Source: Podarcis muralis (taxonomy: Eukaryota). From it: a stretch of DNA of 64,000 bases. Below the pieces are notes generated by a model. It searched no databases, had not been told where the DNA came from, and saw only the letters and a list, made by a program, of their open reading frames with translations. Position 1 is the stretch's first letter, and each line of letters opens with the position of its first letter. Positions 1 through 19,876 of the stretch are shown piece by piece. Where the stretch lies: positions 15,748,001 through 15,812,000 of the forward strand of contig NC_135661.1 in NCBI RefSeq assembly GCF_964188315.1, in the 5' to 3' direction. The translations under genes were made by a program, and so were the position numbers.

Positions 1-206
1 CTCTTAACCACTACACCACACTAGCAATTGCCTCTTTCATTTTCACCAGAATTCTGACACCCAGAGGCTATATCCTGATAGTGGTCAATTTTCTCAATCC
101 CACCCCCCCTCTCCACACCTACATGAATTATGCTGGAGACCACAGATGGGACCCTCTCTGTTTTGGAGCAAGGGCAGGGCAGAGATATAGAGTAATAATT
201 GCATAC

Positions 207-1311
207 CATCAAACACATTGTCCTCGTCAATGCCATGAGCTTTCTGGAGCCTCTTCCTCGCAAATGGATGTGGGTCTGCCACACCAATCACCTAACGAAG
301 GGAGAAAGCTGTCAGCATCTCGCAAGCAGATAGCTGGACTATGACGGTCCAATGCAGGCTATTTCAATACAGCTTAGTTCTCAAACGTTTTGGCTCCCAA
401 ACACCGCAAACCCGGAAGCAAGTGTTCCCGTTTGCGAACAATTTTTGGAAGCCGAATGTCCGACGGGGCTTCTGCAGCTTCAGATTGGCTGCAGGAGCTT
501 CCCGCAGCCAATCAGAAGCCACACTTTGGTTTCCAAACGTTTTGGAAGCCGAACAGGTTCCGTTCGACTTCCGAGGTACGACTGTACCATGGAAAGCATA
601 GTGGTCCATTTAGTTCAACATCCTATGCTCACAGCAGCCAATCAGATGCCCACGGGAAGCCTGAGTGAAAGCAATACTCTCCGCACCTGTGAATAGGACT
701 GGTTGATATATTGATATACAGTGGTACCTCGGGTTAAGTACTTAATTCGTTCCGGAGGTCCGTTCTTAAGCTGAAACTGTTCTTAACCTGAAGCACCACT
801 TTAGCTAATGGGGCCTCCTGCTGCTGCCGGAGCACGATTTCTGTTCTCATCCTGAAGCAAAGTTCTTATCCTGAGGTACTATTTCTGGGTTAGCGGCGTC
901 TGTAACCCGAAGCATATATAACCCGAGGTACCACTGTATTGTCCAAAACCAGTTTAAAGTCCATATTGTGATAGCGGTTTCATAATTTTTGACCTGGCAA
1001 AATCATGAATTGCAAATCATTGGTCTGTGTGTTTGTGCTATGCAAAAATCGCAGTGCAGAAAAATGGGGCATTTGCTGGGGGGGGGGGGGCGGGGATGAG
1101 TATCAAGTGTTTGGTTTGAAGTCCACTGCACCTGGAGCTATTTTGACATCAGGAGAAGGGTGTGTTCACAATCCCCAGAAGATCCCTGAGCTGCTCTTAC
1201 CTTCATGCGTGCAGGAAACTGCTGAGCAAAAGAGGAATAATTCCTTCCCCGACTTCCAGCTCCAATCACGAGAACAGTGACTTGGCGAGACATCTCAGTG
1301 TTGCTTTCCAT
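207..1311 (-). CDS. Gfo/Idh/MocA-family NAD(P)-dependent oxidoreductase, 5' part only (gene continues beyond position 1)
   Basis: Exon 1311(ATG; second in-frame ATG 1293)-1201 encodes MESNTEMSRQVTVLVIGAGSRGRNYSSFAQQFPARMK, with the Rossmann GxGxxG (GAGSRG), preceded by ttgacgcag and followed by AAG|gtaaga. Exon 291-207 encodes VIGVADPHPFARKRLQKAHGIDEDNVFD+G (cgttag acceptor, G|gtatgc donor). The beta2 VIGVADP motif is typical of the family. Confidence 0.85.
365..588. mobile_element. Tigger/pogo-like MITE (family 2), degenerate left end
   Basis: Right TIR gaggtacgactg plus TA; internal inverted repeat gattggctgc...gcagccaatc. Confidence 0.6.
719..936. mobile_element. Tc1/mariner-pogo (Tigger-like) MITE, main family
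   Basis: TIRs cagtggtacctcgggtt...aacccgaggtaccactg flanked by TA. Confidence 0.9.
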
Positions 1312-2776
1312 CTGCGTCAAGGAAACAACAACTTAGGACAAGCTTACGGCTGGGAAGTTCCTGCAAAGTTATGGCTTTATCTGGATTTGAATGCATCCCA
1401 GAATTTATTGCTGACAGCTTCAATGTACTTCCAGGGAATCATCATCATATTAATCATAGCTTTCTTTTTATCTCCCCGCAATAGCCATGTTTCTGCTCTG
1501 CAACATTCTCCTTCTTAAATTGTGAGCCACAAGATGTCAAACATGCAAGGCCATTGTTTGTTTCTGCACCTCTGAAACATTTGTACTGTTATATGTAACG
1601 AAACGACCTATTTTTTAAAAGAAAGAAAGAAAATGAAAAGAACTTTTGCAGAGAGAATTCAGGAAATGAAACTATCCTCAAACCACAATTTACTTACCGT
1701 ACATGCCTGCTTTGTTTGCATTTCCTGGCTTCCTTTGCTAATCTTGGCAGCGATTCAGGGAAATGTCAAGAGGTTGTGAAGCCTCAGGCCTTAATCATCA
1801 GCTTCTAAAATGTCCTACAATGTCCTTACAATTTCAAGCCTACTTCTCAGTCATAAGGTCTAGAAACTTGATATATATTTAAAAAGAAGAAGAGGAGGAG
1901 GAGGAGGGTCTCACAAAGTAGAATTCTATACTCAATATCAAATTCCAAATTACCCTAAACTAATCAATAAAAACATTTATTTTATTTTTCTTAGATTTAA
2001 AACGGGCATGTATAGAAGAGGCAAATCATGATGTAGAAATGAGTAGTCAGCGCTTGCAGGGAGAAGCTCAGAACGAGCTTGCAAGAGAGATTAAAAATAA
2101 TAATAAATGGTTTTCTGCAGCTATGTTTGAAGCAAGAGGAAGAACAAGCAAGCAAGCAGAAGGTCCTCTGCATGGAGAAGATGAAGAAATGCTATTGGGT
2201 GTCAGAGAGAAGGTAGAATTGTCCAACACCTATCCAGGGCCTGCTGAGCCGTGTTCAAGGATTACCAAAGGAACTCACATTTGTAATCTCAGAGCTTCCT
2301 CCTCTAACATTTGAGAATTCTTGGGGAACAGGTGAAGTCCCTGTGGGCTGGAAGCAGGAAGGTTTTGCTCCCATCTTCAAAAAGGCAACTACCAACTGGT
2401 CAGCTTGCTGTAGATAACAGGAAAGGTCCTAGAACAGAATTAAACAGTCGGTCTGTGAGCACTTTGAAAAAGATGCTTTGATTACCAAGACCAACCATGG
2501 GTTTCTGAAAAACAAGTCATGCCAGACTAATCTTATTTCTTTTCTCTTTTTTGGGGTTACAAGTTTGCTGGATCAGGGGAATGCTGTGGGTGTAGCGTAT
2601 CTTGATTTCAGTAGAGCTTCCTGGTAAAATGTAGGCTAGCTAGACAATATTAGTTAGGTGGATTTGAAACTGGCTGACTGACCCAAACAGTGCTCACCAA
2701 TAGTTCCTTGTCATCCCATAAAAGAGTGAGAAGTGGGGTGCCACAGGGTTCTGTCCTGGGCCCGGTGTTGTTCAAC

Positions 2777-3406
2777 TGCAGCGGCTCGTATACTTGTGGC
2801 CAAGGGATGGAAAGATCGCGAGGGTCCAAAATAACAGATTGGCAAATCAAATCACACAAATTGGTGGAGACGGCTCAATTGACTAGTAAACTCAGAGGAA
2901 ACTCAAAGCAAAAATTTGTGGGAAAATGGGATGGTTATAGAAGATATGTGCAAAAATACAATAATAGTTTTGACTCCGTGCTAGCATTCGAGTGATAAAT
3001 TAACTAAAAGGAGGTGGACAACAATTAAGGATGTATTATGTTTTCAGAATGTATTGGAAAATTTATATAGAAAGGTTTATTTTTTGTGTACATTCGATTG
3101 TAAGATAAAATATATGCAAAGGGACTTGACAGGAAGTCAAAGTTGAAGAAAAGATTTTGGAAGATAAAAGGGGGGAAATATTTACTTTCATTATTATCAT
3201 TTTGTGTGCGGGGGTGTGCGGGGGTGGGTGGGTGTCTGCACATATGTGTGTGTTTTTGTATGGAATGTTTGGGAGGAAATAAGACGGTAAATAAACTAAA
3301 TATTGATGTATGCAATTTTTATTTCTTAATTATATTTAGTGTTAGTATGGTTGTATTTTTTTGTAACATAAAATCATTCAATAAAAATTATTTTTTTTTT
3401 TTAAAA
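2777..3406 (+). mobile_element. 5'-truncated L1/Tx1-type LINE insertion with 52-bp target duplication
   Basis: ORF2 C-terminal remnant (ITDWQIKSHKLVETAQLTSKLRG...), aataaa and A/T tail; identical 52-bp flanks at 2725-2776 and 3407-3458. Confidence 0.75.
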
Positions 3407-3538
3407 AGTGAGAAGTGGGGTGCCACAGGGTTCTGTCCTGGGCCCGGTGTTGTTCAACATCTTTATAAATGACTTGGTTGAAGGAACTGGGCCGGGTGCT
3501 TGTCAAACTTGCAGATGACACCAAATTAGGAAATGTAG

Positions 3539-3835
3539 AATTAAACGAAATGATACGAAGGGAAAAACTGGTGACATAATAGTTGAAATGTATAATAATA
3601 ATAAGATTTGAAAGAGGGTAAGATATTGCTGAATATGATTTTTTTAAAAGAGAACACAGAAAAGGGAGATGTGAGGAAGTCAGGAAAGAGGGTTATGAAG
3701 GTAGCAAGCTAGAAACAGGATTTTTATCTTTTTCTTTCCTTTTTTTATGTATCTCTATGTATTTTCTTTTGTATTTTCTAAGTTTGTGAAATTTTTTAAT
3801 TGTTTAAAATTTTTAATAAATATCTTTAAAAAAAA
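3539..3835 (+). mobile_element. L1-type LINE 3' fragment with 17-bp TSD
   Basis: aataaa plus A tail; caaattaggaaatgtag duplicated at 3522-3538 and 3840-3856. Confidence 0.7.
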
Positions 3836-4929
3836 CCAACAAATTAGGAAATGTAGCTAACACCACATAAGACAGAGTCAAGATTCAAGGATTTAACATA
3901 ACCTTAGCAGATGGGAGAACTAGGCCAAAATTAAGAAAATGAATTCCAATAGGGACAAATATAGGATGGGGGGACATCTGGGTTGACAGCAGCACAGTAC
4001 ATATAAGAAAGTTCTAGGGGTCTTAGTAGACCACAAGCTTAACGAGAGTCAGGCGTGTGATGCAGCAGCAAAAAAAAGCTAACACTGTTCTAGGCTGGAT
4101 CAACAGAAGTATAGTGTCCAGATCAGTGGGAGTAACAGATCCTGCCTTAGTCAGATCCTGTATCCAGTTCTGGGCAACACAGTTTAAGAAGGATATTGAC
4201 AAGCAGGAAAGTGTGCAAAGGAGAGCAACCAAGATGATCATGGGTCTGGAAACCAAGCCCTATGAGGAACAGCTGAAGGAGTTGGGTATGTTTAGACTGG
4301 AGAAAAGAAGACCGAGAGGTGATATGAGAGCCATCTTCTATGCTTCTGTGAATAAAGTGTGTCCAATTTGTTTTTAAAACTGCTAGTTTCGGGTGGCATC
4401 CAACATTAGTCCTGCTCAGAGCAGACCCATTGAAATTAATAACCCAAGTTATTAATAACCTATTAACTTCAACAAGTCTACTTTGATTTGAACGTCGGCT
4501 ACAACACGTTACCTGTATTTTAATAACTTTTGTCTCATTTATTTTATTTTATTTGTTGATACTTATTCAAAGATACACATATACATACCCATTACAAAGT
4601 ATATTTTTATGATATGCCGAAATAAAACTGCTCTTTTTTTAGATTAAGTAGCTAAGCCAGAAGGAGGAAAATACAAGAAAAGGATAAATCGAAAGAAGGA
4701 GAAGGAAGAGAGATGGAAAATAAAGAAAAAGCTATTTTTTTAATGAACGTTTTATATTATTTTATGTAAACCGCTTACAGATGGTATTACCATTACTATT
4801 ATTAGGCAAAATGCAAATCCTGGTAAATATTTAATATTTAAAATTTTAAGCCCCACCACCTTTCCACCTTGAGCTCCTTGGAGGAAACGTGGGGTGTAAA
4901 AGCATTTAATACAGCTTAAAAATGCAAGC

Positions 4930-5340
4930 CCGCCACATCCCACATAGCGCTGGCTAAAGAGCAAGGGGAAACTAACGTCGGGGAAGCTTTGCGGCGATGC
5001 TTTGAGACCATCACCCTGGTTTGTTTGTTTTAAAGTGATTTCCTCCCGCTAACAGCATCCCTTCGTGTTATCCGTTTTGTAGTTTGCATTGAGAGAGACT
5101 CACCGGACAATAGCAGAGCTCGTTCTGATCTGATCGCTGAGCACGATTAACACCGACCTCAGAACAGAACGCTCAGCTGGGCAGGGAGCCACGCCCACTT
5201 CCAGATTCCCCATTCACGCGGGGCTCTCCGAACTCAAGCCAATCAATGGGCGCGGATGACATCGCACGGGAGGAATTTTATTGGCCGACAAGAAAAGTTG
5301 GGGCGGGGAAATGAGGATGCCAGCTGTTGGTTGGTTCTGC
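4930..5340 (-). promoter_or_regulatory. Probable CpG-containing promoter of the oxidoreductase gene
   Basis: Local CpG enrichment; CCAAT at 5239-5243, ATTGG at 5280-5284, GC box GGGGCGGGG at 5300-5308; about 3.7 kb upstream of the first coding exon, which starts at an acceptor site. Confidence 0.5.
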
Positions 5341-5566
5341 GTTTAGACCGGTTAGCTTTGGACTCCAACCCCAATTAGTTAACAGTGAGGAATTATGGGG
5401 ATTGTAGGCAAGAACATCTGGAGCTCACCAGGCTATCGCTGAGCTAAGGAGATGCCCACACAGTGCCTACTCAGAGGTAAGCATCATTGAGACCAGCGGA
5501 GCTTACTCATAGGTAAGTATGTGTAATATACACTGTGTAGCATTGCAGCCTCAGCTATCCTTTAAA

Positions 5567-5597
<31 letters not shown>

Positions 5598-5600
<3 letters not shown>

Positions 5601-5720
5601 CACAGAAATGTAGAGCTGGAAGAGACCACGAGGGTCATCTAGTCCAGCTCCCTGCAATGCAGGAATCGAACTGACAACCCAGAGATTAAGAGTCCATATT
5701 CTACCGACTGAGCTATGTAG
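5598..5720 (-). mobile_element. tRNA-Lys-headed SINE with CR1-type 3' tail
   Basis: Reverse complement of tagctcagtcggtaga...actcttaatctc head joined to the ttccagctctacatttctgtga tail; related copies near 8625-8745, 30205-30352, 43352-43472 and 60835-60975. Confidence 0.65.
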
Positions 5721-5769
5721 CAATCTCCTTTCAGCGGATATGTACCGTACATGCTGCTTATATCTAAAA

Positions 5770-6095
5770 AAATTCCTTCCAGAAGCACCTTAGAGACCAA
5801 CTAAGTTTGCTCTTGCTATGAGCTTTCGTGTGCATGCACACTTCTTCAGATACACAGAAGTCACCAGACCTTTATATATAGTGAGAGGGTGGGGAGGGGT
5901 ACTACTCAGAAGGGTGGTGGGAACGGGTGATTGGCTGATAGGTGTGGTAAACCTGTTGACGGACTGTTAACGACTGCAATTGGTCCCACAGGAAAAAGCA
6001 AGGGGTGAGATGGTTAAAAATAGCTTTATCATGTATAATTTTTTTATTTTGTTTTGGCTACGGCAGACCAGCATGGCTACCTACCTGTAACTACT
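5770..6095. mobile_element. Penelope-like element fragment
   Basis: Shares the ttccttccag(t/a)agcaccttagagaccaactaag...gtgtgcatgcacacttcttcagatac end and the ggcagaccagcatggctacc segment with the copy at 10040-10245; family assignment from recall. Confidence 0.55.
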
Positions 6096-6404
6096 GCTTA
6101 TATCTATTTATTCTTAATTATGCAAGTGCATATTGATAATTTTATTTTTAAAGTGTGTGGTGATTTAATTGTATCCGCCTGCCACCTTCCAAGGGAGCTC
6201 TTCCTGCTATCAAAGAGTTCTCGGCGTCAGAAAATTCTTCCTAATGTTTAGTCGGAATCTCCTTTCTTGCAACATGAATCCCATCTGCTGTATGGAGATA
6301 ATAATAGACACCCCTACCTTCCAGGGCTGCTGTAAAGACTGCATGCATGTGAAATGTTTAGAATGATGTGCTAGGCATGTACTGTTACCCTTATTACAAG
6401 TGAA

Positions 6405-6758
6405 GGGACGCAGGTGGCGCTGTGGTCTAAACCACTGAGCCTAGGGCTTGCTGATCGGAAGGTCGAAGGTTCGAATCCCCGCGACGGGGTGAGCTCCCGT
6501 TGCTCGGTCCCAGCTCCTGCCAACATAGCACATCAAAGTGCAAGTAGATAAATAGGTACCGTTCTGGCAGGAAGGTAAACGGCATTTCCATGCACTGCTC
6601 TGGTTTCGCCAGAAGCGGCTTAGTCATGCTGGCCACATGACCCCGAAAAACTGTCTGTGGACAAACGTCGGCTCCCTTGGCCAGTAAAGCGGGATGAGCG
6701 CCAAAACCCCAGTCGTTCACGACTGGACTTAACTGTAAGGGGTCCTTTACCTTTACCT
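6405..6758 (+). mobile_element. Sauria SINE, full length
   Basis: gggacgcaggtggcgctgtgg head, (tttacc)n tail; 13-bp TSD ttattacaagtga at 6391-6403 and 6759-6771. Confidence 0.9.
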
Positions 6759-7421
6759 TTATTACAAGTGAGAACCCACAACAAAATAATTACTTGACTG
6801 CTCCATAAAAACACTAAAATGTTGTAGTGTGGAGTGTGCCAACCAGCTAGCCATTCCTTCTCCAGGATATTCCATGACAACCACAACTTTTCATCTTTTT
6901 CTTTCCCAAGAAGCACCCTAGTCCTCGTTGTGCTGTTCCCTGCCCTGTGCCGCAATAGTGCTTTTCCCCTAAAAAATTTTTGTTGGATCTTCAGGACTCC
7001 CTTGAGTATGCTGACAGCCTCCTTGCTTCTGAGTGGACCATTTCATTCACCAACAGTTCACTAGAGGAAGCTGTTATGTGTTTATTGCTTTTTTAATATT
7101 AATATTAATATTAATATTGATATTGTTGTGGCATTTATTGGATTCGACGCTGAGCTCTCTCCCCCCCCCCCCATGGCTAATGCTTTTTAAAGTTATTTAG
7201 CTCCCCTGTGGATTTCTGTAAACTGCTTTGAGCACTGCTGTGATGCTCCAGCAGATCACTTCCAGAGGCATATGGCTTTTGGGAAGGAAGGTTCCTTACC
7301 CCTGGGCTGCTTGTTTGAAATGACGGGTTACATTTTTCAAACAAACAAACCAGCCTACTAACTGAGAAAACTGCAGGAGTAAAGTGGCGAAATCTGAAGC
7401 GGTATACAGTATACTTGCATT

Positions 7422-8104
7422 CAGTGTCTGATTTACGTATAAGCTAAACAAGCTATAGCTTAGGGCCCCACTCTCTTGGCCCCCCCCCAAAATGTAAAGA
7501 AAACAAACCCTGGATGTTCGTTTCCAAAATACAGTGGTACCTCGGATTACAGACGCTTCAGGTTACAGACTCCACTTACCCAGAAATAGTACCTCGGGTT
7601 AAGAACTTTGCTTCAGGATGAGAACAGGAATCATGCAGCAGCGGCGTGGCAGCAGCAGGAGGCCCCATTAGCTAAAGTGGTACTTCAGGTTAAGAACAGT
7701 TTCAGGTTAAGAATGGGCCTCCGGAACGAATTAAGTTCTTAACCCAAGGTACCACTGTATAAGATAAAAAACAAATAAAATAAAACCTATATACAGCAAC
7801 AGTGTTTTGTGTTGTATAGGCTTCTATGATGTAAGTAATGGACCCCGCCTGCTAGCCTGTTCCCTAAAATATCACTGGTTTGCTCATTTCTATATATAGG
7901 GTGCTTACATTCTGCATAGACTCTTTGCATGGCAACATGTGCAAATGGCTTTAGACACCTATTAGGTCCATAAATTACCATATAGCATATATTCAACACA
8001 AAAAAACAGTGACAATTTGTTGTTGACAAAGGACAGCTGGACATATAAAGGGCCCCCATTACCTTCAGTAGCTTAGGGCCTCATCAAACCTAAATCCGGC
8101 CCTG
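7422..8104. mobile_element. hAT MITE (family H1) containing a nested Tigger-like MITE
   Basis: TIR cagtgtctgattta...taaatccggccctg; 8-bp TSD cttgcatt/cctgcatt. Confidence 0.85.
7532..7757. mobile_element. Tigger-like MITE, main family (nested in hAT MITE)
   Basis: TIRs and TA TSD. Confidence 0.9.
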
Positions 8105-9087
8105 CCTGCATTCAGTTATCCCTGTTTACATGTGAGAACAGAACCATGCATGTGCGGAAAAGGTGGAGTAGGGGCAACTTTGTCCAACGACATTCGTCAT
8201 TGTGTCTGACTGTTGTGAATGAAATTTAGCTGGTGACAAGCTGGTATGTTGATCAAAAAGCCACATTTCCATAACACAACAGGACCTTCCTTCCAGTGGG
8301 AAAGGAACATCAGAACACAGGACAGAGGCGCTAGCTAGCATTACAACTGTGAAAACCAAGACAACACAGCCCATGTCTGAATGTGCCTGGTGTTGCCGCA
8401 TTATTGCTGCCTGGAGCCATAGTGCAACAAAATCAGGACGGCCTGGGATGTTTGTGATATGAAGAGTCCCAGGATTTCAGCAGGAAGTGAAAGGAAATGC
8501 CCAGATTGGAAATGAAGCAATATGCCCGTCCTGAAACGTTTGCACATGCAAATGGTATTGAAAGCAGGTTTGCTCAGGTATAATCATGAGCACAAATCTC
8601 AGGTAGCACAATGGGTCAGTGTGCCTAGCTGTTAAGCAGAAGGTTGGTGGTTCAAGCCCACTCAGGGATGGCTGTGGGCAGGATTCGTGCGTTGCTGGGG
8701 GTTGGACTGGATGACCCTCGGGAGTCCCTTCCAATTCTACAATTGAATACAGAATAAGAAAGATGCCTGGAGGGAGCTGCTCCCTTTTGGTTAATAATTT
8801 CTTCACCCCACACTTTCCAACCTACAAAAAAGCTCCCTTAACTTCAGTGGATTTGTCGAGTACTTGAACCCTCTCACATGCTTGATTCCCTCTCACAGAG
8901 CATTGGCAACCTAGGAGCATCCTTGGACTTCAACCCTAGACCTATTTACTTGGGAATGAACCCCACTGAACTCAGCAGGACTTGCTTCTAAGTAGACATG
9001 AGCAGGATTGCATTTCTGAGGTTGCCACTCTTCTCCTTCACTTAAAGACATCAAAAGGAGTCATGTGTGGTTTGTGTGTGGTTTTTG

Positions 9088-9093
9088 TTTATT
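9088..9093 (-). terminator. Candidate polyadenylation signal of SLC45A1
   Basis: AATAAA on the minus strand about 83 nt after the stop codon, followed by a GT-poor/AC-rich then T-rich stretch. Confidence 0.5.
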
Positions 9094-9175
9094 AAGGGCA
9101 CAGCTCCGTGGTCCCCCCCCCTCCACTGTCTCTCGCACAGCACCGCGGCGCGGGATCCCCCTCCCTGCGCCAGCT

Positions 9176-18151
<8,976 letters not shown>

Positions 18152-18576
18152 CGTGGATTTTGCCTGCGAAGAAAAGCCAGCGCTTTAACTTTACTTATTA
18201 TTGGCAACATTTTCCAGCTGCCCTAAATCAGACAGGCTTGCAATACGGAGTGGTAGTTTCAGCTGCCTTCCTGCAGAGCAAGGGGTTGGACTAGATGACA
18301 ATTGGGGATCCATCCCAAGTCTACAGGTGGGGTTTGGGGTTTTTTTGATTTTGTTTTGGGCGGGGGTATTCTGCAACGTGGCATCGGTCGCATCCAAACC
18401 ATACTTTTAAAGCACGTTGGGTCACATTCAACAAAACAGCTGCGCTAGCTTTGAGCCAGCACAGTGAGTTCCACTAGTGCCAAGTTACCCAAACTTGGGT
18501 CTCCAGCTGGTTTTGGACTACAGTTCCCATAATCCTGTGGGAATGTTGAGGTTAGGAGAGGATATATTGATTAGTA

Positions 18577-18816
18577 CAGTGGTACCTCGGGTTAAGAAGT
18601 TAATTCGTTCTGGAGTTCTGTTCTTAACCTGAAGCACCACTTTAGCTAATGGGGCCTCCTGCTGCCGCTGTGCCGCCGCTGCACGAATTCTGTTCTTATC
18701 CTGAAGCAAAGTTCTTAACCCAAGGTAATATTTCTGGGTTGGGGATTCTGTAACCTGAAGCGTATGTAACCTGAAGCGTATGTAACCTGAAGCGTATGTA
18801 ACCTGAGGTACCACTG
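18577..18816. mobile_element. Tigger-like MITE, main family
   Basis: TIRs, TA TSD, three copies of the internal 16-bp unit tgtaacctgaagcgta. Confidence 0.9.
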
Positions 18817-19090
18817 TATTATTATTCTTCCTCACTCACACTAGTGAGCTAGTAGCAGGGCACATTCCCTTGTACATAGCAGGAAGCTAGTTGATAGATC
18901 CATTAGAACCTTTTGAGTTAAGCAATCCAGTCTGGCTTGTCCAGATTGGATTGTTCCTGGTAAATTCCCTCTGTTCCCTCTTTAAAAAAAATATGGCACA
19001 ACAGTCTTCTTTTATAAAGTACAGTGGTACCTCGGGTTACAGACGCTTCAGGTTACAGATGCTTCAGGTTACAGACTCCGCTAACCCAGA

Positions 19091-19876
19091 AGAGGAGGAG
19101 GAGGAGGAGGAGTTTGGATTTGATATCCCGCCTTTCACTCCCTTTAAGGAGTCTCAAAGCGGCTAACATTCTCCTTTCCCTTCCTCCCCCACAACAAACA
19201 CTCTGTGAGGTGAGTGGGGCTGAGAGACTTCAAAGAAGTGTGACTGAAACCAGAAGCCTTTCTCTTGGGTATGGTGGGCCAAATGGTGCCAAGGAAGGAT
19301 AAGACATTTTTTTCGTACGCCACAACAGCAGCAAGAATTCTTCTAGCAAAGTATTGGAAGACACAAGAACTACCCACGTTGGAAGAATGGCAGACGAAGG
19401 TGATTGACTACATGGGACTGGCAGAGATGACTGGCAGAATTCGAGACCGGGGGAAGGAGGCGGTGGAAGAAGATTGGAACAAATTTAAAGCATATCTTTA
19501 AAATTGTTGTAATTTGGATGAAAACTAGGGGTCAGGGAGATAAGAGATAAAGAACTACAGTTGTTATTAATAAGTTAAGGAAGTTAAATTTATGAAATGA
19601 GTAAAACACATTTATGACTAAAGGGTTGCTGGAAAAATTTGAAATAAGGATGCAGGAAAGGGGTGGTATGGGGAGGTCCATTTTATGTTTGTTTATATTT
19701 TTGTTGTGTTTTGTTTTTTCTATTTATGGAAAACTAATAAAAAATTTTTTAAAAAAAAACAAAGAAGTGTGACTGGCCCAAGGTCACCCAGCAGCTGCAT
19801 GTGGAGGAGCGGAGACGCGAACCCGGTTCCCCAGATTACGAGACTAGCGCTCTTAACCACTACACCACACTGGCTC
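19091..19876 (-). mobile_element. tRNA-derived SINE (Squam3-like), interrupted by L1
   Basis: Minus-strand head ccagtgtggtgtagtggttaagagc with B-box gggaaccgggttcgcgtctcc, (CTC)n tail; another head fragment at 1-23. Confidence 0.75.
19247..19759 (+). mobile_element. 5'-truncated L1 LINE with 16-bp TSD
   Basis: ORF2 C-terminus (AARILLAKYWKTQELPTLEEWQTK...EDWNKFKAYL), polyA tail; caaagaagtgtgactg at 19231-19246 and 19760-19775. Confidence 0.85.

Larger units (their letters stand above)
2030..4340 (+). mobile_element. CR1 LINE fragment interrupted by two L1 3' fragments
   Basis: CR1 RT motifs ([47 protein letters not shown]); frames disrupted. Confidence 0.85.

Noticed and set aside
5660-5720. 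tRNA-Lys-like and other tRNA-like segments (also near 30300, 43355, 60920 and 19820)
   Set aside because: They are degenerate SINE heads fused to LINE-type tails and lack complete cloverleaf arms.
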